Of a stretch of 64,000 nucleotides of DNA, positions 47,755 through 56,820 are shown in pieces. Source of the stretch: Alphaproteobacteria bacterium (GTDB lineage: Bacteria > Pseudomonadota > Alphaproteobacteria > Micavibrionales > Micavibrionaceae); NCBI GenBank assembly GCA_050633505.1, contig JBOEGQ010000007.1, forward strand, positions 13,921-77,920. Reading direction: 5' to 3'. The position numbers and the translations under genes were made by a program. Under the pieces are notes generated by a model that had not been told where the DNA came from, did not search any database, and saw only the letters and a program-made list of their open reading frames with translations. The first letter of the stretch is position 1. Each line of letters begins with the position of its first letter.

Positions 47755-48369
47755 ATGTCACTAAATAATGTTGAAATGATCCAGAATACGCCATTTTACA
47801 GTGAAGAAAAAATGGCAATGTTCATTGATGGATCAAACCTATACTCTGCTGCACGCGCCCTTGATTTTGACATTGACTACAGGCTGTTGCTTGAGTGCAT
47901 GGCATCATACAGCCAACTAACTCGCGCGTTTTACTATACCGCTCTCATTGAAGATCAAGAATACTCACCTTTGCGCCCGCTTGTCGATTGGTTGGATTAT
48001 AACGGCTACACCATGGTGACAAAGCCAACCAAAGAATTCACGGATTCACAAGGCCGTAAAAAAATCAAAGGCAACATGGATATTGAGCTCGCCATTGATA
48101 TGATGGAAATGGCAGATAAGGTTGATCATATGGTTCTGTTTTCCGGAGATGGTGATTTCCGCCGCCTTGTCGAGACAGTGCAACGTAAAGGCACGCGCGT
48201 AACCGTTGTCAGCACATTACAATCTGCACCACCCATGGTTTCTGACGATTTAAGACGTCAAGCCGATCACTTCTTAGACCTTAAGTCACTTGCCCCACAT
48301 ATCCAGCGTCAAAATACGACAATTGATAAGGATTATGATGACGCGCCCCAATTTGACGAAGCCATTTAA
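47755..48369 (+). CDS. NYN-domain (LabA/DUF88-like) protein
   Basis: MAMFIDGSNLY...KGNMDIELAIDMM.....D..VLFSGDGDF is the NYN/LabA nuclease-fold pattern. Confidence 0.85.
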   Translation: MSLNNVEMIQNTPFYSEEKMAMFIDGSNLYSAARALDFDIDYRLLLECMASYSQLTRAFYYTALIEDQEYSPLRPLVDWLDYNGYTMVTKPTKEFTDSQGRKKIKGNMDIELAIDMMEMADKVDHMVLFSGDGDFRRLVETVQRKGTRVTVVSTLQSAPPMVSDDLRRQADHFLDLKSLAPHIQRQNTTIDKDYDDAPQFDEAI

Positions 48370-48398
48370 ACAACGACCTTGACGTTACGATCATTATA

Positions 48399-49046
48399 AT
48401 GGTCAATAGAGCCATGTTTGAATTACTGCCTGATAAAGAATGCGGCCTATGCCCGCGGTTGAAGAGCTTCATTGACGACAATCGCGAAAAATTCCCTGAT
48501 AAATACAATGCCCCTGTCCCGTCATTCGGGCCACAAAATGCTGCACTCCTTGTTGTTGGACTTGCTCCGGGATTAAAAGGGGCAAACTTTTCAGGCCGCC
48601 CTTTTACAGGTGATTATGCCGGCGATCTCCTCTATGCCACATTACTGAAATTCGGGTATGCAACAGGGGAATATAAAGCGCATAAGGACGATGGATTAGA
48701 ACTCGTCAATGCGCGCATTACCAACGCCGTGAAATGCGTTCCACCACAAAATAAGGTAACAGGAGATGAAATTAACACCTGCCTGCAATTTCTGAAAACT
48801 GAAATGGCAACAATGCCAAATTTGAAGGTCATATTGAGCCTTGGCCTTGTCTCTCATAATGCCGTATTAAAGGCCACAGGGCATAAACAATCTGCCTTTA
48901 AATTTGCACATAATGCCTGCCATGATTTAGGAAATAACCTAATATTGATTGATAGCTATCACTGCTCTCGCTACAACACGAACACAGGCCGCCTGACAAC
49001 TGAAATGTTTGAAGATGTGTTCAAAAATATCACAGAAAAACTATAG
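48399..49046 (+). CDS. uracil-DNA glycosylase superfamily protein (family 5-like motif)
   Basis: The motif VVGLAPGLKGANFSGRPFTGD resembles the UDGb GLAPA.HGANRTGR.FTGD motif, and the C-terminus has HCS.YN. Confidence 0.8.
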   Translation: MVNRAMFELLPDKECGLCPRLKSFIDDNREKFPDKYNAPVPSFGPQNAALLVVGLAPGLKGANFSGRPFTGDYAGDLLYATLLKFGYATGEYKAHKDDGLELVNARITNAVKCVPPQNKVTGDEINTCLQFLKTEMATMPNLKVILSLGLVSHNAVLKATGHKQSAFKFAHNACHDLGNNLILIDSYHCSRYNTNTGRLTTEMFEDVFKNITEKL

Positions 49047-49090
49047 ATATAAGAGAATGAAGCGCACAAAACGCCCCACCCTTACGATAC

Positions 49091-50674
49091 CTATACCGCA
49101 ACATCACCAGTTTGCGGGTTAAATGTATCACGCTTTGCAAGTAACTTATTAAGTGCATGAACATAAGCACGTGCACTCGCGACCAGCGTATCCGCATCCG
49201 CGCCTGATCCGTTAATGGTTTTACCATTTTCTTCCAAACGTACAGTAACCTCTGCCTGTGCATCTGTTCCACCTGTCACCGCATGCACTTGATATAGCTG
49301 CAGCGAAGCCTCAGGGTGTGGCTTAATTTCGCGGATCGCCTTGAAAATTGCATCGACAGGGCCATTCCCCTCTACCTTTGCACATTTTTCTTCGCCATCA
49401 AGACTTAAGCAAAGCTCCGCAGTTTGCGGGCCTGATGTCCCCGCCTGCACCTGTAATGATACGAATTGGATACTGTCATTCTCACTGACAATTTCGTCTT
49501 CCACCAAGGCAATCAAGTCATCTTCATAGACCTCTTTCTTTCGGTCTGCCAAATTCTTAAAACGCGCAAACGCATCATTCAACGCATTATCGCCCAGCTC
49601 AAAACCAAGCTCTTTCAATTTCTCACGAAATGCGTGGCGACCGGAATGCTTGCTCATAACCAGTTTACTTTCGGTTAAACCGACACTTTCAGGCGTCATA
49701 ATTTCATATGTGTTTGCGTTCTTCAGCATGCCATCTTGGTGAATACCGCTGGCATGTGCAAAGGCATTTGCACCGACAATCGCCTTGTTTGGCTGTACAG
49801 AAAACCCTGTAATCCCGGATAAAGTACGCGATGCCTTCGTAATATTCGTCGTTACAATATTGTTTGTATATGGCATCAAATCCGCACGCGTGCGCAATGC
49901 CATGATAACCTCTTCAAGCGCCGCATTACCCGCGCGCTCTCCAATTCCGTTAACCGTACATTCAATTTGTCGTGCGCCTGCCGCAACACCCGCCAAAGAA
50001 TTTGCCACGGCCACACCAAGATCATTGTGACAATGTGTCGAGATAATCGCCTGATCAATATTTGGCACACGCTCTATCATCATGGCAATCTTTGCTGCGA
50101 ACTCCTCAGGCAGCGCATAACCAACAGTATCAGGGAAATTAATGGTTCGCGCGCCCGCATCAATAGCCGCCTCAACGCACTGACATAAAAAATCATCTTC
50201 TGTACGAGAGCCGTCTTCCGCGCTCCACTCCACATCATCGGTGAAATTACGCGCAAATGTCACACTTTCCTTCACCGCCTCAAGCACCGCCTCAGGCGTC
50301 ATTTGAAGCTTATACTTCATATGTAATGGTGATGTTGAGATAAAGGTGTGAATACGTTTAGAATCCGCGGGCTTAATCGCCTCACCTGATGCCTCGATAT
50401 CCCCCTTTTTCGCGCGTGACAAACCACAAACCGTTGCATTTTTAACCAGTTTTGCAATCTCATTGACCGCCTCAAAATCACCGGGAGAGGCAACAGGAAA
50501 GCCCGCCTCAATCACATCAACACCAAGTTCATCCAGAATAGAAGCCATCTTTAGCTTTTGCTCCAAATTCATGGCGCAGCCCGGGGATTGTTCACCATCT
50601 CTAAGAGTCGTATCAAAAATGATAACGCGGTTTGGATCGTTCTTTACAATGTCATAGGCTCTACTCATGGCCAA
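49091..50674 (-). CDS. leuA: 2-isopropylmalate synthase
   Basis: FDTTLRDGEQSPG, HCHNDLG, and a C-terminal LeuA dimerisation/regulatory domain. Confidence 0.96.
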   Translation of the reverse strand: MAMSRAYDIVKNDPNRVIIFDTTLRDGEQSPGCAMNLEQKLKMASILDELGVDVIEAGFPVASPGDFEAVNEIAKLVKNATVCGLSRAKKGDIEASGEAIKPADSKRIHTFISTSPLHMKYKLQMTPEAVLEAVKESVTFARNFTDDVEWSAEDGSRTEDDFLCQCVEAAIDAGARTINFPDTVGYALPEEFAAKIAMMIERVPNIDQAIISTHCHNDLGVAVANSLAGVAAGARQIECTVNGIGERAGNAALEEVIMALRTRADLMPYTNNIVTTNITKASRTLSGITGFSVQPNKAIVGANAFAHASGIHQDGMLKNANTYEIMTPESVGLTESKLVMSKHSGRHAFREKLKELGFELGDNALNDAFARFKNLADRKKEVYEDDLIALVEDEIVSENDSIQFVSLQVQAGTSGPQTAELCLSLDGEEKCAKVEGNGPVDAIFKAIREIKPHPEASLQLYQVHAVTGGTDAQAEVTVRLEENGKTINGSGADADTLVASARAYVHALNKLLAKRDTFNPQTGDVAV

Positions 50675-50758
50675 ATTTCCTTATTTATTCGCTCAAGCGC
50701 ATCGCTTTTCTAACGCGCTTTGTGTTCTTTTTCAATATTTTGGATTATTAAATCAAAT

Positions 50759-50805
50759 CCCCTGTAGCGCAGGCATATAAAAATGCCTCATACACCGCTC
50801 AGGGG
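50759..50805 (-). terminator. long hairpin, probable terminator of the trm112 operon (or a leuA leader structure)
   Basis: The minus strand reads CCCCUGAGCG..AGGCAU-UUUUAU-AUGCCU..CGCUACAGGGG followed by AUUUGAUUUAAUAAU. Confidence 0.45.
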
Positions 50806-50875
50806 CGTATAAGGAGGAGATTAAGAAGCAGCAATGTATTATGCGTTGTCTTCATAAGGTTACTCTTAGCGCGTT

Positions 50876-51118
50876 TTACGCATCAACGTCAAGTGTTGAA
50901 GGCGGCGGCGGGTCAAGCTTACCATCTGCGCTATACAAAGGATCATGCGTCTCACTTTGCTTGCGCTCTGAGAATTCCCGTTCTTCACGCGAAGGATTAT
51001 CAGATCCCGGCTTACCTTCCGCATCCTTCGTATCGGATACTTCCGGTGTTAACGGCGTCTTCTTGTTTACCGCAGGCACCCAAGCCGTTTCACCAATACC
51101 AACATTCTTGACACTCAT
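50876..51118 (-). CDS. small hypothetical protein coupled to trm112
   Basis: 80-aa ORF whose ATG directly abuts the Trm112 stop (TAGATG). It is hydrophilic and I recognise no family. Confidence 0.45.
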   Translation of the reverse strand: MSVKNVGIGETAWVPAVNKKTPLTPEVSDTKDAEGKPGSDNPSREEREFSERKQSETHDPLYSADGKLDPPPPSTLDVDA

Positions 51119-51307
51119 CTAATCAAGCTCCCGCGCTTCGTCAACCAGCATAACCGGAATACCATCACGGATCGGATAAGCGCGTCCGGCTTGCTCGGAA
51201 ATAAGTTCCTGCGCCTTCCGATCATACGTCAACGGCCCCTTAGTTACAGGGCAAACAAGAATTTCCAATAGCTTTGGATCGACTTCAACACTCACATCCG
51301 GCTCCAT
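51119..51307 (-). CDS. Trm112/UPF0434 family protein
   Basis: [17 protein letters not shown]....[25 protein letters not shown] is the canonical Trm112-like sequence. Confidence 0.88.
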   Translation of the reverse strand: MEPDVSVEVDPKLLEILVCPVTKGPLTYDRKAQELISEQAGRAYPIRDGIPVMLVDEARELD

Positions 51308-51384
51308 TCATTTTGACGGCACAATTTCACAAGCTGTATCATGTTAACAACATAATAGCCAGAAGCGGTTCGAATTTTCAAATA

Positions 51385-51537
51385 TTACAGGCTTTTCATT
51401 TTAACAGCTTTTAAAGGAACAAGTTCCTCACAAATCATGTCAATTTCCAAGGCCGCCATACGTTCTCTCATCCTGTCATTAGAGACAGGAAGATCGATCA
51501 GCCAAAGGTCTTTTTTAGTTTCTTCACGAACAGACAT
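51385..51537 (-). CDS. small ORF (50 aa), possibly DUF1192-like
   Basis: It lies below the track threshold. My translation is MSVREETKKDLWLIDLPVSNDRMRERMAALEIDMICEELVPLKAVKMKSL. The DL..S...M.ERMAALE pattern loosely recalls DUF1192. This call is weak. Confidence 0.25.
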   Translation of the reverse strand: MSVREETKKDLWLIDLPVSNDRMRERMAALEIDMICEELVPLKAVKMKSL

Positions 51538-51705
51538 AAAATACCCCACATACTTTAGTTCATGTTTATATCGGGCACCCTATACCAATTAACATAATAT
51601 TTCAAGAAAATTATATCTTTATCGTTAAGAGCCATAAACAAAGTACATCTTTTAGTATAAGATTACGCCTCATACACAACTGAAGGCGAAAAAGAAAAAT
51701 AAGGA

Positions 51706-52218
51706 TCATGCACCAAGCATCGGTAAAATTTGACAGAGGTGCAGCACAATCGGAAACATGCCTAAAGTTCTTATTAAAACCTGAAACAGGCAATATGCTG
51801 CGCAGCATATTATGAGTGCACAATAAGAAAAACCACCAATCAAATCATGATGAATGCGACAGCAGCCAAGAGTATTACACAAGTCATAGGAAATGCTGCA
51901 CCATATAAACCACGATAAAACAGGATATGAATATTGCGCATGAGCGGTTGCCCCATTCCGGTAAATGAATGTGGGAACAGAACAGGGCAACCATAAAAAT
52001 GCATACGGATATTCCCACACGATCCGATATGTTGGCCGATATACCGGCTTCATCACCTTTGACAGGATAGGCAATGAAAAAGCCACCAAGATTACTCTTG
52101 GCAGCCGGGAGTTAGTAACTGTGATACAAAGAAAACAGCGCGATGCTTTTAGCTTACGCCTGAACATAACACCGCCTCCCGGCCATAAGACCGAGAAACG
52201 GCATCCATGATGCGTCAA
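51706..52218 (-). CDS. doubtful ORF / possible Cys-Trp-rich small membrane protein
   Basis: 170-aa ORF in an AT-rich stretch. It has hydrophobic segments but odd composition (many Cys, Trp, Tyr) and no obvious RBS. It may be non-coding. Confidence 0.2.
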   Translation of the reverse strand: MTHHGCRFSVLWPGGGVMFRRKLKASRCFLCITVTNSRLPRVILVAFSLPILSKVMKPVYRPTYRIVWEYPYAFLWLPCSVPTFIYRNGATAHAQYSYPVLSWFIWCSISYDLCNTLGCCRIHHDLIGGFSYCALIICCAAYCLFQVLIRTLGMFPIVLHLCQILPMLGA

Positions 52219-52442
52219 AATTCATTACATGAAAAGAGAACACATCAATGACGGTTGATGCCAACCGCTTTGTATCTGAGGTTACTAAGCCCCGAACACA
52301 CGTTATTACGTGTGTCTGAAATGAATGTGCCGTAAACACCCATGCATTGCAAGAGGTTTTTTCATTTTTTATGATTGCACGTTGATTGCGGTCTTAAGTT
52401 AGGGCTTTATGCGGAGGGAGATACAAACATCACACTTTGCAT

Positions 52443-53240
52443 CTATTCATTACTAACCGTAAGGAATCTCTTACACTCTTCTTCAGGAAAGTAATCCTGC
52501 AACCCCATTGAAGATGCTGTGCCACGGTATTTTTTAAGTTGCCTATCAGAAATTTTTGCGCGATACAAAAAATCTCTCATCATACCGGGTAAATCATAAG
52601 CCCCTGTAGAAGCCCATTGAGTTTTTCTATCATGGTTACGATCCAACTCTTTTTTCTCACATGAGTCCTGCCCTGCCAAATATTGTCTACAGGCCTCCAA
52701 CGTATACTCCATCTTCTTAAGGACTTTATAGAAAGACTTTGCATTCGTTATAGATAGCTTATCTTTTCGTGCATTCAAATACTGACTAATTTCTAACACT
52801 CTTTCCGCGCTCAGGTCTTGCCCTTTATCCCATGCATTCCTCATCTCATACGAAATACCTTGATATCTACTAATACCTAGTCGACAGGAAATTTCATAAA
52901 CCCCCTTTAAAGTTTCTTGATAATTTCCTGCAATTTTAGCCTGCCTTCTATTTGATACTGCCCCATTCAAAGCCCTATCTGGAACAACATCATCTACAGT
53001 GCTTCCGTCTACCTTTGTTCTGTCAAAAACCCCTGAAATTCTAACATTCAAATTCGCTGCATGATTTCGTGCACACTCCGGCCCCAATGGCTTCAATTCC
53101 GTCCCATATTGAGTTCTTTCAAATCCAATATAGGCAGTATCACTACTCAATGGTTGAGGACAATTCGAACACTTTGTGTTTGGGTTCACGTAATCGCGAT
53201 TCAAGAAACCGTCTACTTTAGTTCTTAATTTTTCACCCAC
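52443..53240 (-). CDS. hypothetical protein (orphan)
   Basis: 265 aa, with a GTG start preceded by AAGGAGAG. Cys pairs (CSNCP...GPEC) suggest a small zinc-ribbon-like N-terminus. I recognise no family. Confidence 0.6.
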   Translation of the reverse strand: MGEKLRTKVDGFLNRDYVNPNTKCSNCPQPLSSDTAYIGFERTQYGTELKPLGPECARNHAANLNVRISGVFDRTKVDGSTVDDVVPDRALNGAVSNRRQAKIAGNYQETLKGVYEISCRLGISRYQGISYEMRNAWDKGQDLSAERVLEISQYLNARKDKLSITNAKSFYKVLKKMEYTLEACRQYLAGQDSCEKKELDRNHDRKTQWASTGAYDLPGMMRDFLYRAKISDRQLKKYRGTASSMGLQDYFPEEECKRFLTVSNE

Positions 53241-53296
53241 AGTACCTCTCCTTTTGGTTAAGCACTTTACAGCATTTAAGGCAAGAGATACAAACC

Positions 53297-54568
53297 CTAC
53301 GCCTGATCAAGTGCCTGATTGATATCGGCGATGATGTCATCGATATTTTCAATACCCACAGAGATCCTGATCAAATCTGTGCTAACCCCTGCTTTGCTTA
53401 ACTCTTCTTCATTAAGCTGCCTATGCGTGGTGGAGGCAGGATGACATGCCAATGACTTTGCATCGCCAATATTAACCAGTCGTAAAACCATATTAAGCGC
53501 ATCAATAAATTTCGCGCCGGCTTCAATACCGCCTTTGATGCCAAAGCTCAAAATACCGGATGCTTTGCCGGATGTGGTTTTCTGGCACACATCACGAAAC
53601 GGACTATCAGGCAATGTGGCATAATTCACCCAATTGACTTTTGAATGTTGTTGCAGGAATTCGGCAAGCTGCTCAGCATTACTGCAATGGCGCTCCATCC
53701 GTAAGCCCAGCGTCTCTAAACCTTGCAAAATCAAAAATGCACTATGCGGCGCAAGTGCCGCCCCCATATTACGCAAAGGTACGACCCGACATCTGCCGAT
53801 AAATGCTGCGGCTTCGAATGCCTCGGTATAGACAACACCGTGATAAGACGGGTCGGGCTCATTCATCATGGGGAAGCGCGCTTTATTACCGACCCAATCA
53901 AATTTACCTGAATCCACAATTATGCCGCCTATGCTGGTACCATGACCGCCAATATACTTGGTAAGGGAGTGCACAACAATATGCGCGCCAAGTTCAATCG
54001 GACGGCATAAGAACGGCGTTGCAACCGTATTATCCACGATCAACGGAATGCCATGTTTATTGGCGATCTCGGCCAGCGCGGCAATATCAACAATATTCCC
54101 TGCCGGATTGCCGATGGATTCACAAAATATGGCGCGTGTATTTTCATCAATCGCCTTTTCAAATCCCGCAAAATCATCTGCAGAAACCATCCTTGCCTCA
54201 ATACCCTGCTTAGGGAAGGTATGCGCAAGAAGATTATACGTACCGCCGTAAAGCTGGCTTGTGCTAACGATATTTGTACCGACATCACAAATACATTGAA
54301 GGGCATAGGTAATCGCCGCCATACCCGATGCCACAGCCAAAGCCCCAATTCCGCCTTCCATTGCGGCCACACGTTGTTCTAGGACATCCGTCGTGGGATT
54401 CATGATGCGGGTATAGATGTTACCCGGAACCTTTAAATCAAATAAATCCGCTCCGTGCTGTGTGTTATCAAAGGTAAACGACGTTGTCTGGTAAATCGGC
54501 ACTGCTGCCGCTTTTGTCGTATCTTCAGAGGTATAACCATGATGCAATGCTAAGGATTCGAGCTTCAT
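53297..54568 (-). CDS. metY: O-acetylhomoserine sulfhydrylase (aminocarboxypropyltransferase)
   Basis: Cys/Met-metabolism PLP enzyme with PLP-Lys context HSLTKYIGGHGTSIGG. The N-terminus LHHGYTSEDTTKAAAVPIYQTTSF is typical of MetY. Confidence 0.92.
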   Translation of the reverse strand: MKLESLALHHGYTSEDTTKAAAVPIYQTTSFTFDNTQHGADLFDLKVPGNIYTRIMNPTTDVLEQRVAAMEGGIGALAVASGMAAITYALQCICDVGTNIVSTSQLYGGTYNLLAHTFPKQGIEARMVSADDFAGFEKAIDENTRAIFCESIGNPAGNIVDIAALAEIANKHGIPLIVDNTVATPFLCRPIELGAHIVVHSLTKYIGGHGTSIGGIIVDSGKFDWVGNKARFPMMNEPDPSYHGVVYTEAFEAAAFIGRCRVVPLRNMGAALAPHSAFLILQGLETLGLRMERHCSNAEQLAEFLQQHSKVNWVNYATLPDSPFRDVCQKTTSGKASGILSFGIKGGIEAGAKFIDALNMVLRLVNIGDAKSLACHPASTTHRQLNEEELSKAGVSTDLIRISVGIENIDDIIADINQALDQA

Positions 54569-54723
54569 ATTTGTTTGTCCTTTAGTTCATAAAACTTTTG
54601 AAATATGTATCTGTAATATGTCTTTCTACCACAATAAATACGCAGGAAAAGGATATAATACCCTACATGGCTATATCTCATGGTGCATTGTAATATCCCT
54701 TTATCTTTTTCTCTCCTCTCAAA

Positions 54724-54750
54724 CGAAAAAAGCAGGTGAACCACCTGCTT
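54724..54750 (-). terminator. Rho-independent terminator
   Basis: The minus strand reads AAGCAGGUG-GUU-CACCUGCUU followed by UUUUUC, starting 1-2 nt after the stop of the 54752..55492 ORF. Confidence 0.75.
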
Positions 54751-54751
54751 G

Positions 54752-55492
54752 TTAAAAGTCAGGATCTAACGCTGGTATCAACCTTTGATCATGTTTTGTG
54801 ATGCTATAACGTAAGTTTTGATCTTTGGCCACAACGTCCCATGATGGTGATGTTTTTAGCATGGTTAAAGCTGTTTCAACCTCGGCATCTTTAAACGTGT
54901 TCACAAAAAAGTTTGCTACAGCATCACCATCTGTCCTTATATTCTCCATCAAGTCAGGTAAGAAATTATCTTGTTCCAAATACGTTAGTATTTTTAGCCG
55001 ATCTTCCGCTGCCGCATTTTTCATCATAGATGATAACGACCATATAGAACTACTGGCTCCTGTAATTATTGTAGTCTTTGCTTCTGGATTAGTTGTTATA
55101 AAATCAACGACATCAAAGGCCTCTTTCGGAGAGATATTTCCAGCCACGCTATCAAATGCGTGAACAGCCAATTCACTATGCCATAACTTTCCAGAGTTAA
55201 ACCTTTCTGTTAACCTCTCACGCGCTTCCAGCATGATGGGATCTTGCAAGATTTCTTTAAATTTACCTAATAGGAAACCTGGTTGTTGGCATGCCTTGTA
55301 ATTTTCCATACATTTTTCACTAACATCTGAAGTCGAAAATCCCGATTCCTTACTATGAATTTCCGACTCTACCTTACGCAAATCATCAGTAATACTTTTT
55401 AATCCTTCAACTTTAGCATATATTTCTTCACCGCTATTAGTGTACCAACCGCCATGCCTTACATTCTTCAATAAGCCCTTAATATCGACCAT
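54752..55492 (-). CDS. hypothetical protein (orphan, predicted helical)
   Basis: 246-aa ORF with its own terminator, no signal peptide and no family I recognise. Confidence 0.6.
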   Translation of the reverse strand: MVDIKGLLKNVRHGGWYTNSGEEIYAKVEGLKSITDDLRKVESEIHSKESGFSTSDVSEKCMENYKACQQPGFLLGKFKEILQDPIMLEARERLTERFNSGKLWHSELAVHAFDSVAGNISPKEAFDVVDFITTNPEAKTTIITGASSSIWSLSSMMKNAAAEDRLKILTYLEQDNFLPDLMENIRTDGDAVANFFVNTFKDAEVETALTMLKTSPSWDVVAKDQNLRYSITKHDQRLIPALDPDF

Positions 55493-55920
55493 AACTCACT
55501 CCCTAATTTTTATAAGCTACTGTACCTACTACGCACAACCAATGTTTGCAAGTTTGTAAAACAATTCAGCAGGCGTTCATTATTCAATAACGTATTAAAG
55601 TTTTCACCCACGGCCATTCGCGGACATTCTCTCTTTTACAACAAATGAATGAGGAAAATTATGAAATGGTGGAGCTGAAAAGTGAGTTTTCGAACAGTAT
55701 TTTCAATACCTTAGAGGATTGGGAAGTCATTTTGAAAGGTACTTCTCTAGACGAACCACCAGAGCCTAATTAGGGGGTAATCCCCTACCCCATACCACGT
55801 AAAAGCGGTGTTTTAGGACATCGCTTTTTCTTTGTCTGTTTAAAAATTAATCAATTTGAGCATATGCCCTGTTTCCCAGATGGAACGGGGTGTTTTCGTA
55901 TGCTCTGAAAGCATAAGGAG

Positions 55921-56298
55921 ATGCTTGCCATGAAAAACACCAAAAGGTCGAAACGATCCCCGCTCACCCTGCGTCTGAGTGATGACGAATGGGCGTTATT
56001 GGATCTGTATGCCGGAGGCACACCGCTTAGTGCCTATGTCCGCACAGCCCTGTTTGGTGAAAAAGCGACCAAACGCCGTAAATCCAAACGTCCGGCCAAG
56101 GACTATCAGCCCCTCATTCAGGCCATGGGTACCTTTGCTCGCTCTCAAGCCCCCAACAACCTGAACCAGATTGCCAAGGCCATTCATACGGGTACGCTTA
56201 GTCTCACCCCAGAAATCGAGATCTCCTTGGTTGAAGCCTGTGCCGACATCAGTGAGATACGCCGATTGCTCATAACAACTCTAAGAACGGAGGCATAG
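55921..56298 (+). CDS. MobC-family mobilization (relaxosome accessory) protein
   Basis: LTLRLSDDEWALLDLYA (RHH-like) and the hallmark NLNQIAKAIH motif. AAGGAG lies upstream. Confidence 0.8.
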   Translation: MLAMKNTKRSKRSPLTLRLSDDEWALLDLYAGGTPLSAYVRTALFGEKATKRRKSKRPAKDYQPLIQAMGTFARSQAPNNLNQIAKAIHTGTLSLTPEIEISLVEACADISEIRRLLITTLRTEA

Positions 56299-56514
56299 AT
56301 GGCTTGGGGTTGGTGCGATGCTTTCTACAAATTCGGCTTTCAGGATGGTGAGGGTGAGATACATACCCCACATGTTGCCGCTGTCCTAACGGAGGCAGGA
56401 TACTTTGTGCAATACACCAAATTGGGCGCGCACAATGTTGTGATCTTCATGCTGCGTAAAGGGGGAGAATGCTATCTCCCTACTCGTTCTGCCTATGAAA
56501 ATCCACGTGACTAA
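56299..56514 (+). CDS. hypothetical protein in the position normally held by a relaxase
   Basis: 71-aa ORF whose ATG abuts the MobC stop (TAGATG). It shows no relaxase motifs. Confidence 0.4.
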   Translation: MAWGWCDAFYKFGFQDGEGEIHTPHVAAVLTEAGYFVQYTKLGAHNVVIFMLRKGGECYLPTRSAYENPRD

Positions 56515-56797
56515 CATGCTTTAACTCTTCAGCAAGGATGCGCTCTAAAGACATTTTTTGATCATTTCCATTTTCATCAATATATTCATCTCCTTGAAAA
56601 GCATCTTTTTCAATTAATATCTCTGCTTTTCCAGCTTGAGGATCATAAGATGTTCTGGAACCATCACCACCAGGTATATCGTCAACTATTTTTATGTCGA
56701 CGTTTCCTCCATCGTCATAAATATCTCCAATTAAATCATCAAAATCTGGCGATGAATTTGCTAGATTAAGAAATGCATTTCTAAGTGAGTCGTCCAT
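56480..56797 (-). CDS. acidic hypothetical protein
   Basis: 105 aa from MDDSLRN, with AAGGAG 6 nt upstream, directly downstream of the DUF2927-like gene. Confidence 0.5.
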   Translation of the reverse strand: MDDSLRNAFLNLANSSPDFDDLIGDIYDDGGNVDIKIVDDIPGGDGSRTSYDPQAGKAEILIEKDAFQGDEYIDENGNDQKMSLERILAEELKHVSHVDFHRQNE

Positions 56798-56820
56798 TGA
56801 TATCTCCTTGACAGATCGTA

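Noticed and set aside
50675-50875. Leucine leader-peptide attenuator upstream of leuA
   Set aside because: The only short ORF in the leader (MRHFYMPALQGI) has a single Leu and no Leu run. The big hairpin at 50759-50805 is better explained as the terminator of the upstream trm112 operon.
54569-54723. Possible SAM-II/SAM-V riboswitch upstream of metY
   Set aside because: Alphaproteobacterial met genes often carry SAM-II. On the minus strand, however, I could not find the GCUU...AAAGCU pseudoknot/triplex core. Only a cmsearch with RF00521/RF01826 could settle it.
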